In this document: positions 39,860 through 50,799 of the stretch, one piece after another | Layout of the letters: each line of letters opens with the position of its first letter | Numbering within the stretch: the stretch's first letter is position 1 | Source of the DNA: Mobula birostris | Lineage: Eukaryota | NCBI RefSeq assembly: GCF_030028105.1 | Contig: NC_092370.1 | Span: 114,478,443-114,542,442, forward strand | DNA: 64,000 bases | Direction: 5' to 3' | Notes under the pieces: model-generated | Database searches by the model: none | Seen by the model: only the letters and a program-made list of their open reading frames with translations | Told to the model about the DNA's origin: nothing | Translations under genes and position numbers: made by a program

Positions 39860-40729
39860 TATTATTGGTTAACTTACCTTTATATTCAATCTTTTCCCTC
39901 TTTCTTACTTTTTAGTGGCTTACTGTTAGTTTTTAAAAGCTTCCCAATACTAACTTCCCACAAACCTTTGCTCTATTATATGGCCTCTCTTTGGCTTTTA
40001 TGTTGACTTTGACTTCCATGGTCAGCCAGTGTTGTATCATCTTGCCTTTAGAATCCTTATTCTTCTTTAGGGTTTATCTATCCTTTGCCTTCTGAATTGC
40101 TCTCAGAAATTCCAGCCGTTGCTACTCTTCGATCATCCCTGCTTGTGTCCTCTTCCAGTCAACTTTGGCCAGCTGCTCTCTCATGCTTCTGTAGTTCCCT
40201 TTAGTCCAAAGGTTCTTCCACTCAAATTGTAGGGTGAAGTCTATCATATTATGAGCACTGGCTCCTAACTGGCTCTTAAGCTCTCTAAGCAATTCCAGTT
40301 CATTTCGCAACTCCCGATCCAGAATAGCTGATCCCGTAGTAAGCTCTAATATGAGCTGCACTAAAAAACCACCTTGTTGGCATTCTACAAATATCCACTC
40401 TTGGGATCCAGCATCAACTTGATTTTCCCAATCTACCTGCATATTGAAATTCTCCGTGACTATCGTGACATTGCCTTTTTGACATGCCTTTTCTATCGCC
40501 TTTTGTAATTTGTAGTCCACACCTTTGCTACAGTTCGGATGTCTGTATATAACTTCCATCTAGGACTTTTTACTCTTGCAGTTTCTTAGCTCTACCCAGA
40601 AGGATTTCACATTTCTAATCCTATGTCACCTCTTCCTAATGATTTGATTTCAGTTTTTACCAAAGAGGCACCCCACCGCCCTGCCTACATGCCTGTTCTT
40701 TCGATAAAATGTGAAAAGTCCTCGATACA

Positions 40730-41465
40730 GTCCTTACAGATAAGGCAACATTTCACCCTCGAATCTGCTGGGGTCGTCTATTGTGTCCGGTGCTCCTGAT
40801 GCTGCCTGCGCTACAGTGCTGAGATTGGTCGTAAATTGGGGGACCGCTTCGTCGAGCACCTCCTCTCCATCTGTCAAGAGCGGAACTTCCCGCTGACCAA
40901 ACATTTTAATTCTGATTTCCACTGCAGTTCTGACAGATCAACCCATGGCTTCCTCTTGTGCCAGGATGAGGGCACTCTCAGGGTGGAGGAGCAACACCCT
41001 ATATTCCGTCTGGGTAGCCTCCAACCCGATGGCCTAAATATTGATCTCTCCTTCCGGTTAGAAATATATATTCTACCCCCTCCCCACTTCTATTTCCCAC
41101 TCTGTTCTCTTACCTCTTCTCACATGCCTAACGCCTCACCCTGGGTCCCTTCCTCTTTCCCTGTCTCCTCTGGTCCACTCTACTCTCCAATTTGATTCTT
41201 TCTTCTCCCGCCGTTTATCCTTTCTACAAACTTGGCTTCACCTACCACTTTCTAGCTATCGTCGGTCCCCTTCCCCCCGCACCACCACCCCGCCATCTTC
41301 TTATTCTGTCATCATCCCCCTTCCTTTCCAGTCGTGAAGAAGGGTCGCAAGCCGAAACTTCGACTGTATACTCATTTCGTCGATTCTATCTGACCAGCCG
41401 AGTTCCTCCGGCATTTTGTGTGTGTTGTTCTGAATCTCCAGCATTGCAGAATTCCTCGCGTTTAG
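40730..41465 (+). mobile_element. Penelope-like element 3' part (GIY-YIG endonuclease remnant plus terminal region)
   Basis: VVYCVRCS*CCLRYSAEIGRKLGDRFVEH...KHFN...EEQHPIFRLGSLQPDGLN. A hammerhead-type motif lies at 41329-41366. Confidence 0.85.
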
Positions 41466-42249
41466 ACAAAGTTAACGTTTGGGGTCAGATTGCTTCAGAT
41501 TAATGACCTTGCCTACACGGGTATTAGAGGTTATTGGCGACATGCCGAAGCATTTCTGCAAGGCAGAATGATAGAGAGTTATACAGAACAGAAATAGGCC
41601 TTCAGGCACACACGTGTGATGGAATGCTCTCCACCTGTCTGGCTACTGCAGCTTCAACAGTTCTCAGTCTCCAGGAGAAAGTGGTCCTTGTGACTGACAC
41701 CTATCAACGACCCGAAACTTCAATCGCTCGAAGTCTCACTGTGGGTGCAGAAATCTACAAAATGCACCCGGCTAGGCTACTCCTACAGAACGGAAGGGAT
41801 GCAGGAAGCACAAACGTTTATGTTCCCATTTATATTATGTCCAGAAATAGAACACACTGTACATCACCGGTCCTCAATTATCAATGAATCAAAAGCCTGG
41901 TACTCCCTCACAGCCCTGAGAGAGCACCTTCGCAAGAATAATTGCAGCGGCCGATGAGGTAACTCATCGCCACCTTCGGTATAACTCTTATCATGTGCCT
42001 AGCAGATGGTAGAAATGCTTTGGGATGTCAGGCTGCGAGTAGGACTCTCAACCACTCACCTGCTCCTGTGGCTACTGTTATGTCTTCTCAAGGGTAGCGG
42101 GGTGGGCAATAAACGCCGGTCTCTACAAGGACACCCGAATCCCAAACTGTGAGTGGAAGCATATCGTGGAAGCAGTTAAATTGATTATTTAAATTTATTA
42201 TTTAAATCATTGCATCATAGCTGGTGCTGGTCACCCAATAACACTAATC

Positions 42250-42520
42250 ATGATCGGGATCTAACTCCGCCAAGGACGGTCACAAGACCGGCTGCGAAAG
42301 GAGGATGGGTTGGATATGGAGTTAGCAACCCCATCACGTAAAACTTCAGAACCATAGAAACGCCAACAGAAGCTCCCTGGGAGAGGAAGGATAGCCAAGG
42401 AAACGGGCCACCCCTTGGCGCAACTTGAAAGACTGGCCCAGGACAGAGGACTCCGGCGAGCTGCTGTCGGCGGTCAATGCTCCAGCAGGATTATAGCATT
42501 CAGTAAAGAAAGTATGATTA
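42250..42520 (+). mobile_element. Short internally deleted RTE-type element
   Basis: A gggttggatatggagttagcaaccccatcacgtaaaac 5'-type motif is joined to a gactggcccaggacagaggactccggcgagctgctgtcggcgg 3'-type motif. Family assignment is from recall. Confidence 0.45.
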
Positions 42521-42854
42521 GATCTGTCTGTTCAGTACATATGATCGGATGTGTATAGATATTCCGATATTAAAATATTCCGATAAAATAATGTTTTAAA
42601 ATAAACTGACCGATTGAAAGGCCTCCACATTCTTTCACTCTCCGCTCTTCCCTAAGAGCTGCTATCGAGCAGATGTGACAAAGAGAGGTGGTGTAAGAAC
42701 TGGGTGAACAAGGCCACGGTCCAATAATCGGTTACCTATCGTAGGCTCGGGCAGATGTGGTGCATTCGTCCGTGATCTGCAGGGTGGATTCGAGGGGAGA
42801 AGTGGTCAAGGTCCTTTGCGTCCGCATCTGTACGGCATCTGGAACAAGGTGACG

Positions 42855-42868
42855 CCGCTAGATGGCAG
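42855..42868 (+). promoter_or_regulatory. Candidate CTCF site
   Basis: CCGCTAGATGGCAG matches the core consensus CC[AG][CG][CT]AG[AG][GT]GGC[AG] at every position. Confidence 0.5.
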
Positions 42869-44159
42869 GATATGTTAACTAATCGTAATTCGACCATTCC
42901 CCTCGGTACCCATCTCCCCTTGCCCATATCCCTCTCTCCCCTATCCAACACCCTCCGTATCTCCAGTACACATTTCCCCATCCCTCCTTCCCATCTCCCT
43001 CTCCGTTCCATTTCACTGTTTCCCTTTCCCCATGTCCACCGTCTCAAAAATGTTCGCTCCCCTCCTGGCATTCCCTCTCACTCCTTCCCGTTTTAAAGGT
43101 TTCCGTCTCCCATCTTCCCTTCTCCCATTCTCCTCTCTCCTCCACATCTCTCCTTCCAGCTTCTGCCTTCCACCTCTGGAGGGATGAAGAACTCACGAGC
43201 ACATTCCTGACAGACGGCACGGTGAGATTCCCGTGGGTGCTCCGGTTTCAATGCGTACAATTAATGTCAGAGAAATGTGTACAATATCCATACTGAAATT
43301 CTTTTATTTTCGCAACAATCCACGAAAACAGCAGAGTGCCCCCAAAAAATGACTGACAGTTAAATGTTAGAACCCCAAAATATCCCCAACTCCCCAGTCC
43401 CACGCATAAGCAGCAGTAAAACAACGACCCCACCCCCCCCACCAGCAAAAAAGCATCGGCACCCCCCCCCCCCCACCACCACCGAGCACTCAAGCGTGTA
43501 CCAAAGCATCAAAAAAAGACGCGGACTTGCAGTACCCCAAAGGTTGCATATTCATCCAGTATTCGACATACCACAGGCTCTCTCCTCCCTAATAAGGAAA
43601 AAAGAGGTGCCCCCGTTTCATCCTACAAGTAACAACGTTCTGGATCGTAGCTAATTACTTGTACAAATGGTCTCGATGTCGATCGGTGGTCGAAGAATGA
43701 AGGCGTGATTTAGCATGTGAGGGAGGAAAATAATCGGGGGCGTGGTGGGAGGGATTGTTCCGAGAGTGCATAAATTCAGTGCAAGGAACGGTGTGCGAAC
43801 CGGTATCAACGTATGAGAATCATATGAATAGAGGAGTGACAGGAGGGGCTGAATGGTATATTCCAACTTCGGGTATTAAACTTCTTTCGGAGAAAAGCGA
43901 AATGTGAGAGCAGCCTTGGCAGTTGGCCTGATTGCTCTTTGGGGCAATTCCCTCGGGACCCAACTGTTCGGTTGTGACTGCGGAGTTCCCCGCCGTGTTC
44001 GGGGACTAACATCCGTCCTGTGGAAATAGACCGAATTATGTGAAGGGTTCTCACTGTCTTGCTGGAGGAACTTCGGATTAAAGGCAGGTATACTTTTAGA
44101 GCAGGATGGAGCTTTCTGGAGAAACGGTGGTGGGGGGGGGGGGGCGGTGGTGACCAACT

Positions 44160-44925
44160 AAGAGACTACTAAGAGGCTAGGTAAGGGTGAAATACAAAGA
44201 GATCTAGGAGTACTTGTTCATCAGTCTCTGAAGGTGAATGAGCAAGTGCAGCAGGCAGTGAAGGCGGCTAATGGAATGTTGGCCTCTATTACAAAGGGAA
44301 TTGAGTACCACAGCAAGGAAATCCTTTTGCATTTGTACAGGGCCCTGGTGAGACCACACCTGGAGTATTGTGTGCAGTTTTGGTCTCCAGGGTTAAGGAA
44401 GGACATCCTGGCTGTGGAGGAGGTGCAGTGTAGGTTCACTAGGTTAATTCCTGGGATGTCCGGACTGTGTTACGCAGAGAGGTTAGAGAGACTGGGCTTG
44501 TACACGCTGGAATTAAGGAGATTGAGGGGGGATCTGATTGAGACATATAGGATTATTAAGGGATTGGACAAGATAGAGGCAGGAAATATGTTCCAGATGC
44601 TGGGAGAGTCCAGTACCAGAGGGCATGGTTTAAGAATAAGGGGTAGGTCATTTAGGACAGAGTTGAGGAGGAACTTCTTCTCCCAGAGAGTTGTGGAGGT
44701 GTGGAACGCGCTGCCTCAGAAGGCAGTGGAGGCCAATTCTCTGGATGCTTTCAAGAAGGAGCTAGATAGGTATCTTATGGATAGGGGAATCAAGGGTTAT
44801 GGGGACAAGGCAGGAACCGGGTATTGATAGTAGATGATCAGCCATGATATCAGAATGGCGGTGCAGGCTCGAAGGGCCGAATGGTCTACTTCTGCACCTA
44901 TTGTCTATTGTCTATTGTCTACTAT
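44160..44925 (+). mobile_element. 5'-truncated CR1 3' fragment
   Basis: Open ORF 44234-44827 encodes the ORF2 C-terminus, with a (CTATTGT)n tail. Confidence 0.92.
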
Positions 44926-45066
44926 CCTGTGTCTCAGCATGTCAAGGGGATTTCGTTTGACCATCCTGTACGCGAGACTCTGCGCCATGTATTTGTACAA
45001 TCGCTAGTTTAATTGAGTTAATATTTTACAACTGTTCTAGGATGAGGTTTATTTATTAATTTATTT

Positions 45067-45445
45067 CACTGTACGTTTAAGAACAGTAGCAGATATACAG
45101 AAATATTAATCTTGTCCACAGGAACCAGACTGCCGCCCACCTTGGGCTTTATTCGTCGCTTCCTGGCCCGATCTCTCACGAAAGCCTGATTGACTACCGG
45201 ACCCGGTACTTGAGCGGACACTACGGCCGACTTCACTGCCCCGAGAACTGCCACCAGGCTGTGTAGACAGCTTCCTCGTGAAAAAGCAGTCTGGTTGTGT
45301 CTCCGGTTAAAGCTGGTGCGAAGGCTTGGGACTGGCGGCAAGAATAAAATTTAAAATTTAAAATTATCGCAACGTTTTCCTCAGTACGGCTCACTGTCAA
45401 TAGCTCCAGACCCTCCCCTCAGGTGGAGACTGAGGAGCGGCCATA
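45067..45445 (-). pseudogene. Possible highly decayed V-segment relic
   Basis: A 63-nt GTGAG...CAG mini-intron precedes a CpG-rich 258-nt exon with GDTTRLL(F), WWQFSGQ and ICYC in one frame containing several stops, ending in TACAGTG. Confidence 0.3.
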
Positions 45446-46189
45446 TTTCAGAATCACTTGGAGGGACTCTCACATTGTAGAACACATTAAGACGGATGTA
45501 AGCCGTCCAGGGCTGGGAGGTCTATCCAAAACGCAATGATAGAATTTTCACTTAACAAGCATTAAAGACAGAAAGACGTTTCGGACCTTGGGATTGATCG
45601 CCTTAGTCCCTCGCACCTTTTCCCACTGGTGAAATGCCTCGAAGATTCGACAAAGAAGGGTCACTGTGCAGTGCCGCTGCCCCGGCGCAGCACCTCACAA
45701 TCGGCCGCCTGTGACCCTGTGCGTGACGATGCTGTGACGCGGCGGCACACCTCTACAGTACGCGGCTCTCATATTGTCGGTTAGTGGAGAAGTGGGTGCT
45801 TGGCGTGAGCACGCAAGAGGTTATAAATTTCAGTGAAAATTACGACTCGAGACGTAATCCCGCTTCTCTTTCCGCAGATGTTATCTGCCATTTTGAGTTT
45901 TTCTGCAATGAACCGATTGGTCACACTTTTGACGTTCAGTCTGTTTCTGCTCCTTGTGTTGCTAACCCAGAGATAACTAGCCCTCAGTACCTCTGGCACA
46001 CAGGAAGTTTTATCATCCTGTAGCGGAGCATGTGGCATCATAAATACCACTGCAATCTGCAAAACTCTCAGTCTGGCAGCTTCATCAACCTTCTCCACTG
46101 CAAACCATTCTTAAACCGCTCCTGCCGCCTCTTCCTCCCTCATACTGACAAGGGAGAAGAGCTGATGAATGTAGTCACTGACTCATACA

Positions 46190-46730
46190 CCCCCTATGGG
46201 TCTCCACCCTCCCCCATCATTTTCACCCCCCTTCATCAGGCTCCACTCTCCCGATCAGTCCTCTCCCCTCTCTCCCCCATTAGTTTCCACTCTCCCCGTC
46301 AGTCCTCTCTCCCCATCACTCCATCATCATCATCACTCCGCCATGATCACTCCATCATCTCCCCCCATCACTCTCCACCATGTCCTCACTCTCCCCATCA
46401 ATCCCCCATTCTCCCCATCATTCTCCACTCTCCCCATCAATACCTACTCTCCCCTATCAATTTCCTTTCCCTCTTATCAATCTCCACTCTACCCCATCAG
46501 TCTCCATTCTCTCTATCAGTCTCCACAATCCCCCATGTCTCCACTCTCCCTCATCAATCACCAATCCCCATCCCATCAGTCCCCACTCTCCACCCCATTA
46601 GTCTCCATTCTCCACTCTCCCCTATCATTCTCCACCCTCCCTCACCATTCCCCACTCCCCAGCCTCCAATAGACCCCACTCTCCCACATCATTCTCTGTG
46701 CTCCTCCATCAGTCTCCATTTCCTCATTGC
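46190..46730. repeat. Degenerate C-rich minisatellite (CTCTCCCCATCA-like units)
   Basis: About 540 nt of reiterated ctctcccc/atca/tctccac motifs with almost no G on the plus strand. Confidence 0.9.
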
Positions 46731-47844
46731 TTCCAGTAGCTGATAATGAATCCACTTCCACCTCTCCTCTCTTCTTAATGCTGGACCTTGAATTATGCAC
46801 ATTTGCAAACTCCTGTCTCTTCTTCATCCTTTCTGATGTTCCCAAAGTTCCCAACATTTTGCAGAGTTCCAAACCATAACCTCCTGTGTTTTTTGAACTC
46901 CTGATTGAATTTCTGTGCCAAACAACCTTGTATCTGAGTTGCAAATAAATCTAATGTTTGTGTCTCAAGGGTAACTCTTCCGTCCTCATCCTCCTCAAGC
47001 TGGCTGCAGTCAATGGCACAGTGACCACTGCATCAATCTCCAACTCTCCCACCACCCCTGCAGCTTTGAATACTGGGTGGACAGCACACATCTAGTTCCA
47101 ATCAAGGAACATGCAATGATGACACGCCCACCTCTGATGCCCATAGGTGGCTTATCCTTGCCCTCTCCTTATCTTATATTCACTTACAACATGGAAAGTG
47201 GCCATTTGATCTATCAAATATATCCCAACAGCTGCATTCATTGAATTACTTCCCTGTACCTATTTTGTCTCATGAGATCAAAACAGCCCAGTTTATCCTA
47301 TCACTCACCTACATTAGTGGCCATTTAGTAGCCCCTGAAATGTGAAATTGGAGCACCTGGAAGAAACTTGAACTATCCCAGAAAGAATCTTCGAAGGCCA
47401 TGCAGACAGTGCTAAAGGTCAGGGTTGAATCCATTCCTGTTCTATAGGCTCAGCATTGTTTGTGCATGAGCACAAGGTCAGTTCACCTCCATATCATTAC
47501 ATCTCAATCTTCCATCATCAAGGGCCCCCACCATCCAGGCCACGCTCTCCTCTCAATGATGATATCAGGAAGGAGGTACAGGAGCGTTAGGTCCCACCCC
47601 AACAGGTTCATGAACAATTATAACTTCATCCTGGTCTAGAGTGGATAACTTCTCTCACCCCAACTCCAAACAAGTTCCACAACCGATGGACTCACTTTCA
47701 AAAACTGTAAAACTGTTCTCAATATTATTTCTTATTTATTGATTATTATTATTATTTTGCTTTTCTTTTTTGTATATGCATAATTTGTTCCATCTTGGAC
47801 ATTGTTTGTCTGTCTGTCTGTCTTTGGTGTATTTTAAATCACAA

Positions 47845-48740
47845 ACAAAAGAAAATCTGCAGATGCTGGAAATCCGAGCATCACACACAGAATGCTGGAG
47901 GAGCTCAGCAGGCCAAGCAGCATCTATGGAAACAAGTTCAGTCGACGTTTCAGGCCGAAACACTTTGGCAGAACTGGAGAAAAAATGCTGAGGAATAGAC
48001 TTTTTAAAAAGATGGGGTGGAGGGGAGAGAGAAACACAAGATGTTAGGTGAAACTGGAGGGGAGGGTGGGATGAAGTAAAGAGCTGGGAAGTTGATTGCT
48101 GAAAGAGACAGAAAGCCAGGGAAAAAAGAAAAAGGTAGGGGGATCACCAGAGGGAGGCAATGGGCGGGCAAGGAGATAAGGTGCCGGAGGGAAAGGGGGA
48201 TGGGAAATGGTGAAGTGAGGGATGGGAGGCATTACTTGAAGTTTGAGAAATCGACGTTCGTGCCATCAGTCTGGAGGCTAGCCAAACGAAATATAAGGTG
48301 TTGTTCCTCCAATCCAAGTGTGACCTCATCACAACAGTGGAGGAAGCAATGGATGGACATATCGGAATGGGAATGGGAAGTGGAATTAAAATGGGTGTCC
48401 ACTAGGAGATCCCGCTTTTTCTGGCGGCTGGTGAGTAGATGCTTGGCAAAGTGGTCTTCCAATCTACGTCAGGACTCACCGATATACACGAGGTCACACC
48501 AGGAGCACCGATCACAGTAAATGACCGCAAAAGACTCACAGGTGAAGTGTCACCTCAACTGGAATGACTGTTTAGGATCCTGATTGGTAGTGAGGGAGGA
48601 GGTGTAGCACTTGTTTCGCTTCCAAGGATAAGTGCCAGGAGGGAGATCAGTGGGGAGGGATGCACAAACCAGAGCAAATCTCCAGATGCAGGAAATCCGA
48701 GCAACATGCACAAAATGCTGGAGAAACTCAGCAGGTACAT
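47845..48740 (-). mobile_element. Penelope-like element 3' part (endonuclease remnant plus terminal region)
   Basis: DHFAKHL...THFNSTSHSH...LEEQHLIFRLASLQTDGTN. A hammerhead-type relic lies at 47939-47976. Confidence 0.85.
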
Positions 48741-48844
48741 TAGTGTGTATTTTAATTGATTCTATTGCCTCCCTCTGTATTTACTGTGAATGCCCACAAG
48801 AAAATAAATATTTGGTGATATATATGTACTTTAATATTACTTTT

Positions 48845-49040
48845 GGCCGGCTGGTGGCGCAGTGAGATCAGCGCCGGACTCCGGAGCGAAAGTTCCCGAG
48901 TTCGAATCCAGGTCGGGCCACCCCCGAGTACGCTTTCCATCCGTTCCGGGTTGAGTGTCGAGCTAGCCACTGGGCCTCGTAAAAAATACAAGGGTCGAGT
49001 CAGGAACTTGACCCGGTTAATCCTGACATTACGTGCCAGA
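48845..49040 (+). mobile_element. tRNA-derived SINE
   Basis: Box A TGGCGCAGTGA, box B GAGTTCGAATC and acgctttccat shared with the 39.6-kb SINE. The acceptor stem is imperfect, so this is not a tRNA gene. Confidence 0.8.
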
Positions 49041-50383
49041 CAAGAATGGCTGATTGTCTGGTATGACACTCTTAAAAAAAAACATTACATTTACTTTGAA
49101 CTTTGAAAGATCCATCAAATTGTGTGTCAAACAATCAGTAATGATTGAGCAGAAGTTTCCAAACTAAGTACAGTATAGGGAAGATAGAAGATGCAGATTT
49201 GGACAAATCCCATCCCATCTCTGGTGATTGATTGAAACTGAACCAGTCTCCCCATTTGGCATCACACACCCACTTCATACACCAAGATCACCTACTTCCA
49301 TTAACATAGTGAAGGGGTAGGGATTAGTTAAATATAATGCTGCTTAACTAAGCCCAAGCCTCAGAAATTCTGCTGCCTCTGGTTTCCCATTCTACCTTCT
49401 GTAGATTTGAGACAATCAAAAGCCCTGCTCCAGGTCCTGATATAGATCAGTTACTATTCACCAATCAACCCTATGTCTGGGGCACTAAAAAATGCCCAGC
49501 AATTACTTGCCTAGGCTGCTCCAGTAGCACATTCCAAATCTGTCACTTTTACCACAAGGAAAGACAAGGCGGTAGACAGATGTCAACACCACTGTCTGCA
49601 GGTTTTTGAGTCATAAACCATCTAGATTTAGAACGATATCACTATTCCTTCATTGTTGCTATCTTGGAACCCCCTGTGCAACAGCACTGTGGGATCACTT
49701 TCATCAGGACAACAACAGTTCAAAAAGAGTGCTTGCCACCACGTTCTCAAGGACAGAAGGGCAGACAATAAATGCTTCTTTTGCCAGAAACAACCAATAT
49801 CCCAAAGAATAATTAAAAATAACAGGGTACTATTGGGAAAGTTGGCTGACCCTTCCGCCCCCTCTGGATTGTTTTGTTTAGCTGCAGTTAAATTCTGACT
49901 GATACCAGTATCTATTTTGTGCTCACAACATTGAGCAGTCGGTTATTAGTGTATTGACAACAAGCATTGATGTTAACGTCACCATTACCTTCGATGCGTC
50001 ATTGTAGCTTTTGATGGATTGAAAGAGACCCAGTTCATTAGACATGCATTGACTACAACAGACATTTCACGGCACTAGAACAATTAAAGCGAAATCTTCT
50101 CTACAATATCTTTTAAATAGACTGGATAAACAAGTGACCAATGACATTGTTTTTTTCCCCCCCAGGCTAACATCACAGAAATAAAGCCCAGGATTTATTT
50201 AGTCATCTCTATGGGCCAGCCACGGTGTTCAAATGTCAGGAAACATAATCTTATTGATTCCAAACTCTGTCATGGGAAGAAGTTACCAGGTGGACAGAGG
50301 AAAAGATTTAAGGATGCATTCATAGGCTCCATAAAAAAAATACACAACAGCTCCACTGACGTCTGTCTCTAGACCATGACTAT

Positions 50384-50799
50384 TGTTAGAGAATTTAGCA
50401 TCCGATCAAACACAAAGTAGAGGCAAAGACCTCGAAACTAGTTACGCCTTTACTTCAAGATATCACGGGAGCCGTCCCTCCAAGGAACAACGACTCCGCC
50501 AATGCAAGCTTACAGTTCCAATTTATACAGCAAATCTAATCACACTAGGTCAACAGGTCTCTAGACTCCGTTTCCGGAACTTACACAAAACTAGCACCGA
50601 CATAATCGGTTCCTCATTGATCAGAGTACAAAACAAGCCGTTAATCACGTTGTCTCTCAGACGAGGGTCAACGGTCCCTCATTAATTACATGATATAATG
50701 TTAGTTAGTACAAGTAATATAGACCCATTCTGCTTCTTGTCATGCTATCCCCCATGATTCTGTTAACCCTTAGTACTCAAGCTTAATTTTTCCTCCACA
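50384..50799 (-). mobile_element. Solo LTR (416 bp)
   Basis: TGT...ACA termini with a 4-bp TSD CTAT (50380-50383 and 50800-50803). The orientation is tentative (AGTAAA on the minus strand). Confidence 0.75.

Larger units (their letters stand above)
36775..40700 (-). mobile_element. Degenerate CR1 LINE interrupted by a solo LTR and a SINE
   Basis: KFVDDTK, FEEITSR...YLDLQKAF and IYRHPN...ENFNMQVDW remnants. Sequence rejoins across the 37642-38720 and 39616-39859 insertions. Confidence 0.8.

Noticed and set aside
46030-46743. Pro/Ser/His-rich ORFs
   Set aside because: They are a by-product of the C-rich minisatellite.
48845-48920. tRNA gene
   Set aside because: The acceptor and anticodon stems are imperfect and the sequence continues into a SINE body.
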